From NCBI RefSeq assembly GCF_000006765.1, contig NC_002516.2: a stretch of DNA of 64,000 nucleotides; one strand, written 5' to 3'. The notes beneath the pieces were generated by a model. The model did not search any database. It was not told the DNA's origin and worked only from the letters and a program-made list of their open reading frames with translations. Source of the stretch: Pseudomonas aeruginosa PAO1. GTDB lineage: Bacteria > Pseudomonadota > Gammaproteobacteria > Pseudomonadales > Pseudomonadaceae. Each line of letters begins with the position of its first letter. The first letter of the stretch is position 1. The translations under genes were made by a program, and so were the position numbers. This document shows positions 1 to 10,680 of this stretch, in pieces.

Positions 1-438
1 GCCGGCATGGTCGGCGGCCAGGCGATCGACCTCGGCTCGGTCGGCGTGGCCCTCGACCAGGCGGCCCTGGAAGTCATGCACCGGCACAAGACCGGCGCGC
101 TGATCGAAGCCAGCGTGCGCCTCGGCGCCCTCGCCAGCGGTCGCGCCGAGCCCGCCTCGCTGGCCGCCCTGGAGCGCTACGCCGAAGCGATCGGCCTGGC
201 CTTCCAGGTGCAGGACGACATCCTCGACGTGGAAAGCGACACCGCCACCCTCGGCAAGACCCAGGGCAAGGACCAGGCGCACAACAAGCCGACCTATCCC
301 GCCCTGCTCGGCCTGGAGGCCGCCAAAGGCTATGCCCTGGAGCTGCGCGACCTGGCCCTGGCCGCCCTCGACGGTTTTCCGCCGAGCGCCGACCCGCTGC
401 GCCAACTGGCCCGCTACATCGTCGAGCGACGCAACTGA
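1..438 (+). CDS. ispA: Farnesyl diphosphate synthase / geranyltranstransferase, 3' part (5' end outside window)
   Basis: Second Asp-rich motif FQVQDDILD, GKTQGKD and KPTYPALLGL; directly upstream of dxs. Confidence 0.95.
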   Translation, partial: AGMVGGQAIDLGSVGVALDQAALEVMHRHKTGALIEASVRLGALASGRAEPASLAALERYAEAIGLAFQVQDDILDVESDTATLGKTQGKDQAHNKPTYPALLGLEAAKGYALELRDLALAALDGFPPSADPLRQLARYIVERRN

Positions 439-546
439 CCGACGGGTCGTCGGAAGTCCCCGGCAAAGGTAGGGGCTCCCTTGCTTGGGCGCGGCCGGTG
501 CATCAGGTAAACTGCTGGCCTCTCCGGATTGCATAACGACAGCCTG

Positions 547-2430
547 ATGCCCAAGACGCTCCATGAGATTCCCCGCGAGCGCCCCGCCACGCCCCTGCTC
601 GACCGCGCCTCTTCGCCGGCCGAACTGCGCCGGCTGGGCGAGGCGGACCTGGAAACCCTGGCCGACGAGCTGCGCCAGTACCTGCTGTATACCGTCGGCC
701 AGACCGGCGGTCATTTCGGCGCCGGCCTCGGCGTGGTCGAGCTGACCATTGCCCTGCACTACGTCTTCGACACTCCGGACGACCGCCTGGTCTGGGACGT
801 CGGCCACCAGGCCTATCCGCACAAGATCCTCACCGAGCGCCGCGAGCTGATGGGCACCCTGCGCCAGAAGAACGGCCTGGCGGCCTTCCCGCGCCGCGCA
901 GAGAGCGAGTACGACACCTTCGGCGTCGGCCACTCCAGCACCTCCATCAGCGCCGCCCTGGGCATGGCCATCGCCGCCCGCCTGCAAGGCAAGGAGCGTA
1001 AGTCGGTGGCCGTGATCGGCGACGGTGCGCTGACCGCCGGCATGGCCTTCGAGGCACTCAACCACGCCTCGGAAGTCGACGCCGACATGCTGGTGATCCT
1101 CAACGACAACGACATGTCGATCTCGCACAACGTCGGCGGGCTCTCCAACTACCTGGCGAAGATCCTCTCCAGCCGCACCTATAGCAGCATGCGCGAGGGC
1201 AGCAAGAAGGTGCTCTCGCGCCTGCCCGGGGCCTGGGAGATCGCCCGGCGCACCGAGGAATACGCCAAGGGCATGCTGGTCCCCGGCACCCTGTTCGAGG
1301 AGCTCGGCTGGAATTACATCGGCCCGATCGACGGCCACGACCTGCCGACCCTGGTGGCTACCCTGCGCAACATGCGCGACATGAAGGGCCCGCAGTTCCT
1401 CCATGTGGTGACCAAGAAAGGCAAGGGCTTCGCCCCGGCCGAACTGGATCCGATCGGCTACCACGCGATCACCAAGCTGGAAGCTCCCGGCAGTGCGCCG
1501 AAGAAGACCGGCGGACCCAAGTATTCCAGCGTCTTCGGCCAGTGGCTGTGCGACATGGCCGCCCAGGACGCGCGCCTGCTCGGCATCACCCCGGCGATGA
1601 AGGAAGGTTCCGACCTGGTGGCCTTCAGCGAACGTTATCCGGAACGCTACTTCGACGTCGCCATCGCCGAACAGCATGCCGTGACCCTGGCCGCCGGCAT
1701 GGCCTGCGAGGGCATGAAGCCGGTGGTAGCGATCTACTCGACCTTCCTCCAGCGCGCCTACGACCAGTTGATCCATGACGTCGCCGTGCAGCACCTCGAC
1801 GTGCTGTTCGCCATCGACCGCGCCGGCCTGGTCGGCGAGGACGGCCCGACCCACGCCGGTAGCTTCGACATCTCCTACCTGCGCTGCATCCCCGGCATGC
1901 TGGTGATGACCCCCAGCGACGAGGACGAGCTGCGCAAGCTGCTCACCACCGGCTACCTGTTCGATGGCCCGGCCGCGGTGCGCTATCCGCGCGGCAGCGG
2001 CCCCAACCATCCGATCGATCCGGACCTGCAACCGGTGGAGATCGGCAAGGGCGTGGTCCGTCGGCGCGGCGGCAGGGTCGCACTGCTGGTCTTCGGCGTG
2101 CAGTTGGCGGAGGCGATGAAGGTCGCCGAAAGCCTCGACGCCACGGTCGTCGACATGCGTTTCGTCAAACCCCTCGACGAAGCCCTGGTACGCGAATTGG
2201 CGGGCAGCCACGAACTGCTGGTGACCATCGAGGAAAACGCCGTGATGGGCGGCGCCGGCTCGGCGGTCGGCGAGTTCCTCGCCAGCGAGGGCCTCGAAGT
2301 CCCGCTGCTGCAACTGGGCCTGCCCGACTACTACGTCGAACACGCCAAGCCCAGCGAGATGCTCGCCGAATGCGGCCTGGATGCCGCGGGCATCGAAAAG
2401 GCAGTACGCCAGCGTCTCGACCGGCAGTAG
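547..2430 (+). CDS. dxs: 1-deoxy-D-xylulose-5-phosphate synthase (627 aa from ATG 547)
   Basis: [37 protein letters not shown] and [13 protein letters not shown] motifs. Confidence 0.98.
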   Translation: MPKTLHEIPRERPATPLLDRASSPAELRRLGEADLETLADELRQYLLYTVGQTGGHFGAGLGVVELTIALHYVFDTPDDRLVWDVGHQAYPHKILTERRELMGTLRQKNGLAAFPRRAESEYDTFGVGHSSTSISAALGMAIAARLQGKERKSVAVIGDGALTAGMAFEALNHASEVDADMLVILNDNDMSISHNVGGLSNYLAKILSSRTYSSMREGSKKVLSRLPGAWEIARRTEEYAKGMLVPGTLFEELGWNYIGPIDGHDLPTLVATLRNMRDMKGPQFLHVVTKKGKGFAPAELDPIGYHAITKLEAPGSAPKKTGGPKYSSVFGQWLCDMAAQDARLLGITPAMKEGSDLVAFSERYPERYFDVAIAEQHAVTLAAGMACEGMKPVVAIYSTFLQRAYDQLIHDVAVQHLDVLFAIDRAGLVGEDGPTHAGSFDISYLRCIPGMLVMTPSDEDELRKLLTTGYLFDGPAAVRYPRGSGPNHPIDPDLQPVEIGKGVVRRRGGRVALLVFGVQLAEAMKVAESLDATVVDMRFVKPLDEALVRELAGSHELLVTIEENAVMGGAGSAVGEFLASEGLEVPLLQLGLPDYYVEHAKPSEMLAECGLDAAGIEKAVRQRLDRQ

Positions 2431-2450
2431 CGCCAAACCCAGCGACAACG

Positions 2451-2760
2451 GCGGATAACCGCGTTGCGGTTATTCGCCCTACCCCCCAATTGCCGTAGGG
2501 CGAATAACGCCACCGGCGTTATCCGCCGATACACCACCATACCGACATGCCCCGCCGACTGGCAGCGATAACCGCGTTGCGGTTATTCGCCCTACCCCCC
2601 AATTGCCGTAGGGCGAATAACGCCACCGGCGTTATCCGCCGATACACCACCATACCGACATGCCCCGCCGACTGGCAGCGATAACCGCGTTGCGGTTATT
2701 CGCCCTACCCCCCAATTGCCCGTAGGGCGAACAACGCCGCCGGCGTTATCCGCCGATACA
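2451..2760. repeat. REP (GTAG-type) array: about 2.7 tandem copies of a 113-bp unit, each with two inverted REP palindromes
   Basis: GATAACCGCGTTGCGGTTATTCGCCCTAC starts at 2454, 2567 and 2680; each is followed by GTAGGGCGAA(T/C)AACGCC(A/G)CCGGCGTTATCCGCC; lies between convergent genes. Confidence 0.92.
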
Positions 2761-2781
2761 GCGCGCGATACCGACAAGCAT

Positions 2782-3579
2782 TCAGCGCGCCCCGGCGAGC
2801 GAGCGGCAGAGTTTCTCGGTCGCCGCCAGCATGGCGAAGCTCGGCCGCTCGAGGTTCTTGTCTTCGATCCGGTACAGCTGTCCGCGCCGCGTCGCCGCCA
2901 GCGCCGGCCATTGCCGCCAGAGTTCGAGCTGGGCGTGACTGCCGGCGACGATGACCGCCGGATCGCGCGCCAGAACCGCCTCGACGCTGACCTGCGGCGC
3001 CGGCTGCGGCAGGTCGCCGAATAGGTTCTCGGCGCCGCAGACGCGCAGCGCATCGCTGATCACCTGGCGTCCGCCAATGGTGTACAGCGGCCGGTCCCAG
3101 ACCTGGTAGAACACTTTCAGCGGCTTGTCCCGCCGGTAGCGCTCGGCCAGGCGCCGCATGCCTTCGCGGAACCTGGCCGACAACCGCTGGCCGGCCTCGG
3201 CCTCGCCCAATGCCTCGCCCAGCGCAGCCAGTTGCAGAGCCAGTTCGTCGAGGCTGTGCGGTTCGGCGATGAAGAGGGCGATGCCGAAGTCCCGCAGGCG
3301 CTGCAACTGCGCCTCGGGCACGCTGCCGGGCCAGACCAGGATCAAGTCGGGCTGCAGTTCCAGCAGGCGTTCGAGATTGACCTGGCCGTAGCGGCCGACG
3401 GAAGGCAGGTCGCCAATCGCCGCCGGACGCTCGCCGCCATCCAGCACGCCGACCAGGCGGCGCGCTGCGCCGAGTTCGAGGACGCTGTCGGTCAGCGAAG
3501 GCGCCAGGCTGACCACCCGCTGCGCCGCCCCGGCGGAAAGGCTGAGGAGCAGGCAGGCGAGCAGCCAGAACGAGCGCAT
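2782..3579 (-). CDS. Cobalamin-binding periplasmic protein, BtuF-like (PA4045)
   Basis: Signal peptide [18 protein letters not shown]; RVVSLAPSLT, LERLLELQPDL and VSVEAVLARDP motifs of class III metal/B12-binding proteins. Confidence 0.85.
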   Translation of the reverse strand: MRSFWLLACLLLSLSAGAAQRVVSLAPSLTDSVLELGAARRLVGVLDGGERPAAIGDLPSVGRYGQVNLERLLELQPDLILVWPGSVPEAQLQRLRDFGIALFIAEPHSLDELALQLAALGEALGEAEAGQRLSARFREGMRRLAERYRRDKPLKVFYQVWDRPLYTIGGRQVISDALRVCGAENLFGDLPQPAPQVSVEAVLARDPAVIVAGSHAQLELWRQWPALAATRRGQLYRIEDKNLERPSFAMLAATEKLCRSLAGAR

Positions 3580-3998
3580 CAACCGAGTTGACGCGGAATA
3601 CGGTAGAGCCAGAACAGCACCAGGCTGGTGACCCCGAGCAGGATCAGCGCAACGCCGTTGAGCCCGGCGAACACACCCGGCACGCCGATCCAGGCCGGCA
3701 GGCTGGCGCCGAACAGGGCCTTGCGGCGCACCTGCGCCAGACGGGTCCAGGCGGCGGCTTCCTCCGCCGTATCCAGCGCTTTCTGGGTGGCGATGAGACC
3801 ACGCTTGTAGGCACCGAACAGCGGCAGGTTGACGAACATCGACAGCAGCGCGGCGATGAACAGCGGCATCGCCAGGCCATGGGGAAGGGGTTGCAGTTCG
3901 CCGAGGAAGAACTCGACCAGGATCAGCGGCAACAGCGCCAACGCCAGTTGCAACCACCAGGCACGTCCCAGCGCGCCGCGGGCTTGCTGGCGACTCAC
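3579..3998 (-). CDS. Small multi-TM membrane protein (PA4046)
   Basis: GTG start overlapping ribA stop; several hydrophobic segments; stop abuts the start of the btuF-like gene. Confidence 0.75.
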   Translation of the reverse strand: MSRQQARGALGRAWWLQLALALLPLILVEFFLGELQPLPHGLAMPLFIAALLSMFVNLPLFGAYKRGLIATQKALDTAEEAAAWTRLAQVRRKALFGASLPAWIGVPGVFAGLNGVALILLGVTSLVLFWLYRIPRQLG

Positions 3999-4612
3999 GT
4001 GGTTTCCGCCTCGCCCTGGTGCAGGCTGCCGAGCATGTGCCCGAGCTTGCCGGCCTTGGTCGCCAGGTAGCGCCTGTTGTGCTTGTTCAGGCCCTTTTGC
4101 AGCGGCACGCGCTCCGCCACGGTGATGGCGTAGCTTTCCAGCGCCTTGACCTTGCGCGGATTGTTGGTCATCAGGCGCAGGGAGGAGACGCCCAGGTGCG
4201 CGAGCATCGGCTGGCACATGGCGTAGTCGCGCTGGTCGGCGCCAAAACCCAGTTGCAGGTTCGCCTCGACGGTGTCGGCACCGCCATCCTGCAATTCATA
4301 GGCACGGATCTTGTTCAGCAGGCCGATGCCGCGACCTTCCTGGCGCAGGTAGAGGAGCACGCCGCGGCCCTCCTCGGCGATGGCGGCAAGCGCGCCTTCC
4401 AGCTGGAAACCGCAATCGCAGCGCAGGCTGAACAGCGCGTCGCCGGTCAGGCATTCGGAATGCAGGCGACCAAGCACCGGCGCGCCATCGGCGATGTCGC
4501 CCATGCTCAGGGCTACATGTTCCTTGCCGCTCTCCTCGTCGAGGAAACCATGCATGGTGAATTCGCCGAAGGGAGTCGGCAGTTTGGAGGCGGCGACGAA
4601 CACGACGGACAC
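3995..4612 (-). CDS. ribA: GTP cyclohydrolase II
   Basis: [31 protein letters not shown] and LMTNNPRK motifs. Confidence 0.97.
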   Translation of the reverse strand: MSVVFVAASKLPTPFGEFTMHGFLDEESGKEHVALSMGDIADGAPVLGRLHSECLTGDALFSLRCDCGFQLEGALAAIAEEGRGVLLYLRQEGRGIGLLNKIRAYELQDGGADTVEANLQLGFGADQRDYAMCQPMLAHLGVSSLRLMTNNPRKVKALESYAITVAERVPLQKGLNKHNRRYLATKAGKLGHMLGSLHQGEAETT

Positions 4613-4742
4613 CGGGGAACTCCTAGGGAAACGGAAGTCCGCCATTGTACCAGCAGCGTCCGGCGCCCGGTCAGCTCGAAATGCCGCAAATACCTATCGA
4701 GATGGACGATGAATAGAACCCCGGGTTATGAGCGAGCGACAT

Positions 4743-5387
4743 TCAATGCTTGGCCTCGATAAGCAGCATTCCCTGTTCCTCGCGCCAACGCACCCGGTTG
4801 AGGAAACTCATGCCGAGCAGGGCTTCGGTCGGATAGCCACCCTCGATCACCGCCGCCTCGACACCCAGCAACTCGATACCGCCGATCTTCACCCGGTCCA
4901 GGGTCACTCGCCAGCCGCGCGAGGTTCCGCTGGCAGTGGAGGCGACCATCGGCTTGCCGTCCACCCGGTAATCGATACCCAGGCGGCGCGCCTCGTTCTC
5001 GTTCATGGCGATGCTGGTGGCGCCGGTATCCACCAGGAACTGCATGTTCTGCCCGTTCACCGAGCCAGCCACCCAATAGTGCCCGCCCGTACCGCGGGCG
5101 ATGCTGAAGCTTTGCCGCTGCGGCGCCGAATAGCCCGCCTCGTTGTATTCGCGGCTCAGTTCGTAGGTGCGCTCGACGCCGTCGATCCGCAGCACCGCCT
5201 TGCGGCTGTCGGCGCTGACCACCTGGACGCCCTGCGGGCCGGTCTGGCCGACCCTGACCAGCTTGCGCTGGCCATCGACGTTGAGTACCGCCGCGCCGGG
5301 GAACAGGCCGACCACGAACACCTGGGGCGCGGCCAGCGAGGACAACGCGAGAACGCTGGAAAACAGGGCGACGCACAGCCGCAGCAT
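4743..5387 (-). CDS. Clan AA retropepsin-like aspartic protease, TIGR02281 type (PA4048)
   Basis: FLVDTGATSIAM catalytic motif, ALLGMSFL, N-terminal signal peptide. Confidence 0.88.
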   Translation of the reverse strand: MLRLCVALFSSVLALSSLAAPQVFVVGLFPGAAVLNVDGQRKLVRVGQTGPQGVQVVSADSRKAVLRIDGVERTYELSREYNEAGYSAPQRQSFSIARGTGGHYWVAGSVNGQNMQFLVDTGATSIAMNENEARRLGIDYRVDGKPMVASTASGTSRGWRVTLDRVKIGGIELLGVEAAVIEGGYPTEALLGMSFLNRVRWREEQGMLLIEAKH

Positions 5388-5389
5388 GA

Positions 5390-6136
5390 TCACTCCTTGG
5401 GTGGCAGGATTGCCTTCAACGGCGCATAGGGCCAGTTCCAGCGGGCGAAGATCCGCTCCAGCTCGCCGCTGGCATGCAACTGCCGCATGCGCCGGTCGAA
5501 CAGCGCCAGCAGCTCACGGCCCCTGGGGGAATCGGAGAAGCCAAGATACAGCGGCAACCGAGTGACGTCGGTGATGCGGTACTCAGCCGCCAGCGCTCCG
5601 GCCCCTGCGAGCATTTCCTCGAGTTCCGGACGCGAATCGATGAAATAGTCGACCCGGTGGTTGAGCAGCATCGGCAGCGCCGAGGTGCGGCGCTGCAACT
5701 CGCTGTGCGGGGTCAGGGTAGGGAAATAGCGGGCGAAGGCGTAGCCACGCATCCATGACAGGCGGAACCGGCTCAGGCCCTCCAGTGGCGGCGGCGGATT
5801 GTCTTTCAGGGAAAGCACGGCGATCGGATCGACGTCATAGGGCCAGCGAGGATAAAGCGCTTCGTCGATTTCCCCGCGGTAGGCGCCGACCCAGGCGTCG
5901 GCCTCGCCGCGCAGGACCAGGCCGACCGCCCGGGTATAGGGCTCGTTGGCGATCCGCAGGCGTACCCCGGCCGGCTCGTAGACGGCCCGCAACAGGTCCC
6001 AGGCCACCCCGCGACCGTCCTCCTGGGTGTAGCGCGTCCAGGTTTCGCTGACCACGCGGATCTCGCCCACGGAGGGGGCGGCGGAAGCGACGCCGGGCAG
6101 CAGCCACAGGCAGCAGAACAGGACGAGCAGACGCAT
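5390..6136 (-). CDS. Periplasmic substrate-binding protein, family 3-like (PA4049)
   Basis: Signal peptide; AVGLVLRGEADA, LLNHRVDYFI and GELERIFARW pattern. Confidence 0.75.
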   Translation of the reverse strand: MRLLVLFCCLWLLPGVASAAPSVGEIRVVSETWTRYTQEDGRGVAWDLLRAVYEPAGVRLRIANEPYTRAVGLVLRGEADAWVGAYRGEIDEALYPRWPYDVDPIAVLSLKDNPPPPLEGLSRFRLSWMRGYAFARYFPTLTPHSELQRRTSALPMLLNHRVDYFIDSRPELEEMLAGAGALAAEYRITDVTRLPLYLGFSDSPRGRELLALFDRRMRQLHASGELERIFARWNWPYAPLKAILPPKE

Positions 6137-6144
6137 GGGAGGCC

Positions 6145-6660
6145 TCAGACCAGCCAGTGTACCCATCCCCAGACTAGACCCTGCATGACCAGCCAGGCGA
6201 ATACCCCGGCCAGGACGTCGTCGAGCATGATCCCGACGCCGCCGTGCACGTTGCGGTCCACCCAACTGATCGGCCAGGGCTTGAGAATATCCACGATGCG
6301 GAACACGACGAAGCCGATCAGCAGCCACCACCAGCCCTCCGGCACCAGCCAGAGGGTTATCCACATGCCGACCATCTCGTCCCAGACGATGCCTTCGTGG
6401 TCGTGCACGCGCAGGTCGTCGGCGACCTTGCCGCACAGCCAGGAGCCGAACAGCATGGTCACTCCCAGCATCAGCCAGTAGCCCCAGTCCGGCAGCATCT
6501 GCCACAGCGGGATGAACGGGATGGCCACCAGCGACCCCCAGGTGCCCGGCGCCTTGGGCAGGGTGCCGGAGCCGAAGCCGAAGGCGAGGAAATGCCAGGG
6601 ATTGCGCCAGACCGACGGCGGCACCGGCTGCGCCGGCGCCTGATCAGGATGCTCAGTCAC
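6145..6660 (-). CDS. pgpA: Phosphatidylglycerophosphatase A
   Basis: GFGSG-APGTWGS, HDHEGIVWDEMVG and GIMLDDVLAG motifs. Confidence 0.96.
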   Translation of the reverse strand: MTEHPDQAPAQPVPPSVWRNPWHFLAFGFGSGTLPKAPGTWGSLVAIPFIPLWQMLPDWGYWLMLGVTMLFGSWLCGKVADDLRVHDHEGIVWDEMVGMWITLWLVPEGWWWLLIGFVVFRIVDILKPWPISWVDRNVHGGVGIMLDDVLAGVFAWLVMQGLVWGWVHWLV

Positions 6661-7621
6661 GTTGGGTTCCGAAATGTTGGTAACCGGCCGCGGCCGGTAT
6701 GAGTTCCTTTCCGTCGGCGTCGAGCAGGTGCACCCCCTGTCCCGCCTCGACCCGGCCGATGACGGCCATGGCCGGCCACGCGGCGCGAATCTCGCCAAGG
6801 TACTCAGGCGGCAGGGTGAAAACCAGCACGTAGTCGTCGCCGGCGGCCAGTTGCTGGCGCAAGGCTTCCTCGCCGGCGAGCAGGCCGCTCAACGCGGCGC
6901 TTGCCTGCAAGCGCTGGCATTCGACCAACAGGGCAACGCCGGAAGCGCGGGCGATATGCCCGCAGTCGGCGAGCAGCCCGTCGGAGATGTCCAGGGCGGC
7001 GCTGGCCTTGCCGCGCAGGGCGAGGCCCAGACCGAATTGCGGGGCCGGCGTCCAGTAGCGCGCCAGCAGCGGTTCGGCCACCTCGGCGGGCGCCGATCTT
7101 CGCTCCAGCACCAGTTCCAGCGCCGCTCCAGCCTCGCCGAGCGGGCCCCCGACGCAGAGCAGGTCGCCCGGGCGCGCACCGGCGCGGGTCAGCGCCTGGC
7201 CGGCCGGCACCCTGCCGAATACGGTCAGGGTCATGCTCAGCGGGCCGCGCGTGGTGTCGCCGCCGACCAGGGCCAGGCCGCACTGCCGGGCCATGGCGTC
7301 GAGGCCGCGGGCGAAGCCCTGCAACCACTCGGCGTCGGCCTGCGGCAAGGTCAGGGCCAGGGTGAAGGCCAGGGGCGCGGCGCCCATCGCCGCCAGGTCG
7401 CTGGCGGAGACCGCCAGGGCGCGCTGGGCAAGAAGGAAAGGGTCGCAACCGGCGGGAAAATGCACGCCTTCCACCAGGGTATCGGTGGAGACCGCCAGTT
7501 GTTCGCCGGCTGGCGGCGCCAGCAGGGCGCAGTCGTCGCCGATGCCGAGGGCCACGTCCGCCGCCGGCGCCGCGCAGGCGGCCGCGGCGAAGAAGCGGCG
7601 GATCAGCTCGAACTCACCCAT
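6653..7621 (-). CDS. thiL: Thiamine-monophosphate kinase
   Basis: MGEFELI, GIGDDCA, DTLVEGVHF, GGDTT, LDISDGL and GDDYVL motifs. Confidence 0.97.
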   Translation of the reverse strand: MGEFELIRRFFAAAACAAPAADVALGIGDDCALLAPPAGEQLAVSTDTLVEGVHFPAGCDPFLLAQRALAVSASDLAAMGAAPLAFTLALTLPQADAEWLQGFARGLDAMARQCGLALVGGDTTRGPLSMTLTVFGRVPAGQALTRAGARPGDLLCVGGPLGEAGAALELVLERRSAPAEVAEPLLARYWTPAPQFGLGLALRGKASAALDISDGLLADCGHIARASGVALLVECQRLQASAALSGLLAGEEALRQQLAAGDDYVLVFTLPPEYLGEIRAAWPAMAVIGRVEAGQGVHLLDADGKELIPAAAGYQHFGTQRD

Positions 7622-7639
7622 GACGCCGCCGGCGCGGGA

Positions 7640-8119
7640 TCAGCGCTTGCCGCCGCGCAGCTCGGCGGCGCGCAGGCGCGGCGCCAGCTTGTCGAGCACG
7701 CCGTTGACGAACTTGTGGCCGTCGGTGGCGCCGAAGGTCTTGGCCAGCTCGATGCCCTCGTTGATCACTACCTTGTAGGGCACGTCGATGCGGTTGCGCA
7801 GCTCGTAGGTGGACAGCCGCAGGATGGCCAGCTCGACCGGGTCGATCTCGGCCAGCGGGCGGTCCAGGCAGGGCTCGAAGGTGGAGTCCAGTTCGCTCTT
7901 CTGCCGCGGCACGCCGTGCAGGATCTCGTGGAAGTAGGCGCCGTCGACCTCGGAGAAGTCGTTGTCGGTGCGGAACTGCGCCTCGATCTCGTGCAGGGGC
8001 TGGCCGGCGATCTGCCAGGAGTACAGGGCCTGGACGGCCAGGCTGCGGGCCTTGCGGCGAGCGGCGGTCTTGCCTTTCGGCGGCTTGGCTGCCGGGTTGC
8101 CGCTGTCTTGATTGCTCAC
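7640..8119 (-). CDS. nusB: Transcription antitermination factor NusB
   Basis: [25 protein letters not shown] and KFVNGVLD motifs; follows lumazine synthase. Confidence 0.97.
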
Positions 8120-8592
8120 TTGGCCTCCAACTGCGCCAGCAGGCTGACCATTTCCAGGGCCGACAGCGCGGCTTCGGCGCCCTTGTTGCCGGCCTTGGTG
8201 CCGGAGCGCTCGATGGCCTGCTCGATGGAGTCGACGGTGAGGACGCCGAAGGCGACCGGGATGCCGAACTGCAGGGACACCTGGGCCAGGCCCTTGGTGC
8301 ACTCGCCAGCCACGTATTCGAAGTGCGGGGTGCCGCCACGGATCACCGCGCCGAGGGCGATGATGGCGTCGAAGCCGCCTTGCTGGGCGACCTTCTGGGT
8401 CACCAGCGGGATCTCGAAGGCACCCGGGGCGCGGATGATGGTGATCTCGCTTTCAGCCACGCCGTGGCGGACCAGGGCGTCGACGGCGCCGCTGACCAGG
8501 CTTTCCACGACGAAGCTGTTGAAGCGGCCGACCACCAGGGCGTAGCGGCCTTTGGGGGCAATGAAGGTACCTTCGATGGTCTTCAGGGTCAT
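8116..8592 (-). CDS. ribH: 6,7-dimethyl-8-ribityllumazine synthase (named ribE in PAO1)
   Basis: RFNSFVV, PGAFEIP and [14 protein letters not shown] motifs. Confidence 0.97.
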
Positions 8593-8709
8593 GAGCAGGT
8601 CTCATCTGTTAAAGAGCCGGGACGCCGTTGCGCCCCGAGCGAAAAGGGTCGAAAGGTCCGTCCAGCATAGCGCCCACCGCGATCTTGCACGCGGCGGGCG
8701 GGACAGGCC

Positions 8710-9807
8710 TTATTCGGCGGGCAGGTATTCTACAACTTCCAGGTCGAAACCGGATATCGCATTGAAGCGCATCGGCGCACTCAGCAGGCGCATCTTGCGC
8801 ACGCCGAGGTCGCGCAGGATCTGCGAACCGGCACCGACGGTGCTGTAGGTGGTGGTGGCCTTGGGCGCCGGAGCCGGCGCCGAAGCGATCTCGCGGACAT
8901 GGGCGAGCAGGTCGTCGCCGCCGATCTGGTGACCGAGCAGCAGCACCACGCCGCTGCCCGCCTCGGCGACCTTGGTCATCGCCGCGCGCAGGCTCCAGCG
9001 GCCCGGTTGGTTGACCTGCAGCAGGTCGCGCAGCGGGTCCATGTTATGCACGCGGACCAAGGTCGGCTCTTCCGCGCAGACCTTGCCGAGGGTCAGCGCC
9101 AGGTGCACGTCGCCCTCCACCGAGTCGCGGTAGGTGATCAGGTTGAAGTGGCCCAGTTCGCTGTCGAGCGGCTGCTCGGCGATGCGCTCGACGGTGCGCT
9201 CGTGGATCAGCCGGTAGTGGATCAGGTCGGCGATGGTGCCGATCTTGATCCCGTGCTCGGCGGCGAACGCCTCCAGTTCGGGCCGGCGAGCCATGCTGCC
9301 GTCGTCGTTCATCACCTCGCAGATCACCCCGGACGGCTCGAACCCGGCCATCCGCGCCAGGTCGCAGGCCGCCTCGGTGTGCCCGGCGCGAGCCAGGGTA
9401 CCGCCCGGCTGGGCCATCAGCGGGAAGATGTGGCCGGGGCTGACGATGTCGGCGGCCACGGCGTTCTTCGCCGCCGCAGCCTGCACGGTGCGGGCGCGGT
9501 CCGCGGCGGAGATGCCGGTGGTGACGCCCTCGGCGGCCTCGATGGAGACAGTGAACTTGGTGCCGAAGCCGGAGCCGTTGCGCTGCACCATCAGCGGCAG
9601 GCCGAGGCGCTCGCAACGCTCGCGGGTCATCGGCATGCAGACCAGGCCGCGGGCATGCTTGACCATGAAGTTGATGTCTTCGGTGCGGACGCATTCGGCG
9701 GCCATGATCAGGTCGCCTTCGTTCTCGCGGTCCTCGTCATCCATCAGGATGACCATCTTGCCTTGGCGGATGTCTTCGATCAGTTCGTCGATCGTGTTGA
9801 GTGCCAT
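8710..9807 (-). CDS. ribB: DHBP synthase fused to a GTP cyclohydrolase II-like domain (RibBA/RibBX type)
   Basis: DDEDRENEGDL, FTVSIEA, PGHIFPL and GHTEA motifs; C-terminal GSQILRDLGVRKMRLL. Confidence 0.95.
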   Translation of the reverse strand: MALNTIDELIEDIRQGKMVILMDDEDRENEGDLIMAAECVRTEDINFMVKHARGLVCMPMTRERCERLGLPLMVQRNGSGFGTKFTVSIEAAEGVTTGISAADRARTVQAAAAKNAVAADIVSPGHIFPLMAQPGGTLARAGHTEAACDLARMAGFEPSGVICEVMNDDGSMARRPELEAFAAEHGIKIGTIADLIHYRLIHERTVERIAEQPLDSELGHFNLITYRDSVEGDVHLALTLGKVCAEEPTLVRVHNMDPLRDLLQVNQPGRWSLRAAMTKVAEAGSGVVLLLGHQIGGDDLLAHVREIASAPAPAPKATTTYSTVGAGSQILRDLGVRKMRLLSAPMRFNAISGFDLEVVEYLPAE

Positions 9808-9833
9808 GGGCACCCCCTTATGCAATTCGTGGG

Positions 9834-10493
9834 TTACTTGAGAAAACCGTTCTCGGCGAGAAACGCTTCGCTGATGCCGGAGGCGCTGGGCTCGGCGGCC
9901 TTGTCGCCAAGCAGCAGGCGCTCCAGGTAACGGGCCAGCAGGTCGACCTCGAGGTTGACCCGGCGTCCGGGCTGGTACTCGGCCATGATGGTTTCGCTGA
10001 GCGTATGCGGGACGATGGTCAGCTCGAACTCCGCGCCGTTCACCGCGTTCACCGTGAGGCTGGTGCCGTCGACGGTGATCGAGCCCTTGTGCGCGATGTA
10101 CCTGGCCAGTTCGCGCGGGGCACGCACGGTGAACTGGATGGCGCGGGCGTTCTCCTCGCGCTTGAGCACCTCGCCGACGCCGTCGACGTGGCCGCTCACC
10201 AGGTGTCCGCCGAGGCGGGTGGTCGGCGTCAGGGCCTTTTCCAGGTTCACCCGGCTGCCCACCTTCAGGTGCTGGAAGGCGGTGCGCGCCAGGCTCTCGC
10301 GGCTGACGTCGGCCCAGAAGCCATCGCCGGGCAGTTCCACTGCGGTCAGGCAGACGCCGTTGACCGCGATGCTGTCGCCGAGCTTGACGTCGCCCAGGTC
10401 GAGCTTGCCGGTGGCGATGTAGACCCGCAGGTCGCCGCCCTTGGGCGTCATTGCGCGGACGCTGCCGATCGACTCGATTATGCCGGTGAACAT
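9834..10493 (-). CDS. ribC: Riboflavin synthase alpha chain
   Basis: MFTGIIE start, GDSIAVNGVCLT and GGHLVSGHVDG; own GGAGG SD. Confidence 0.97.
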   Translation of the reverse strand: MFTGIIESIGSVRAMTPKGGDLRVYIATGKLDLGDVKLGDSIAVNGVCLTAVELPGDGFWADVSRESLARTAFQHLKVGSRVNLEKALTPTTRLGGHLVSGHVDGVGEVLKREENARAIQFTVRAPRELARYIAHKGSITVDGTSLTVNAVNGAEFELTIVPHTLSETIMAEYQPGRRVNLEVDLLARYLERLLLGDKAAEPSASGISEAFLAENGFLK

Positions 10494-10591
10494 GCGACCT
10501 CCCGTTTTTCCGCCGCACAGGCGCGCAGCATGGCCGGCGCGACGCCGAGCGGCCTGCGTGCCATAGCGCGGGTATTCCAAGATGAAGACAT
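10478..10591 (-). CDS. Putative 37-aa leader ORF between the FMN aptamer and ribC
   Basis: AGGAG SD 8 nt before ATG; out of frame with ribC and overlapping its start; no recognisable family. Confidence 0.35.
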   Translation of the reverse strand: MSSSWNTRAMARRPLGVAPAMLRACAAEKREVACSPA

Positions 10592-10680
10592 ATGACGAAC
10601 TCCTGTTTCGTGAAAAACAGGGCTTTTTGGATCGAAGGGGATCTTGCGGGCGCACAGGGTACGCCCAGGCAGGCAATCCC

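Noticed and set aside
2451-2760. CRISPR array
   Set aside because: The intervening segments are identical rather than unique spacers, units are GTAG REP palindromes, and no cas genes are present
2755-2764. GATACAGCGC matching the BfmR box
   Set aside because: Part of the REP flank (GCCGATAC), single site, not in a promoter
2592-3053. ORFs spanning the REP array
   Set aside because: They translate repeat DNA or lie antisense or out of frame to btuF-like; no protein features
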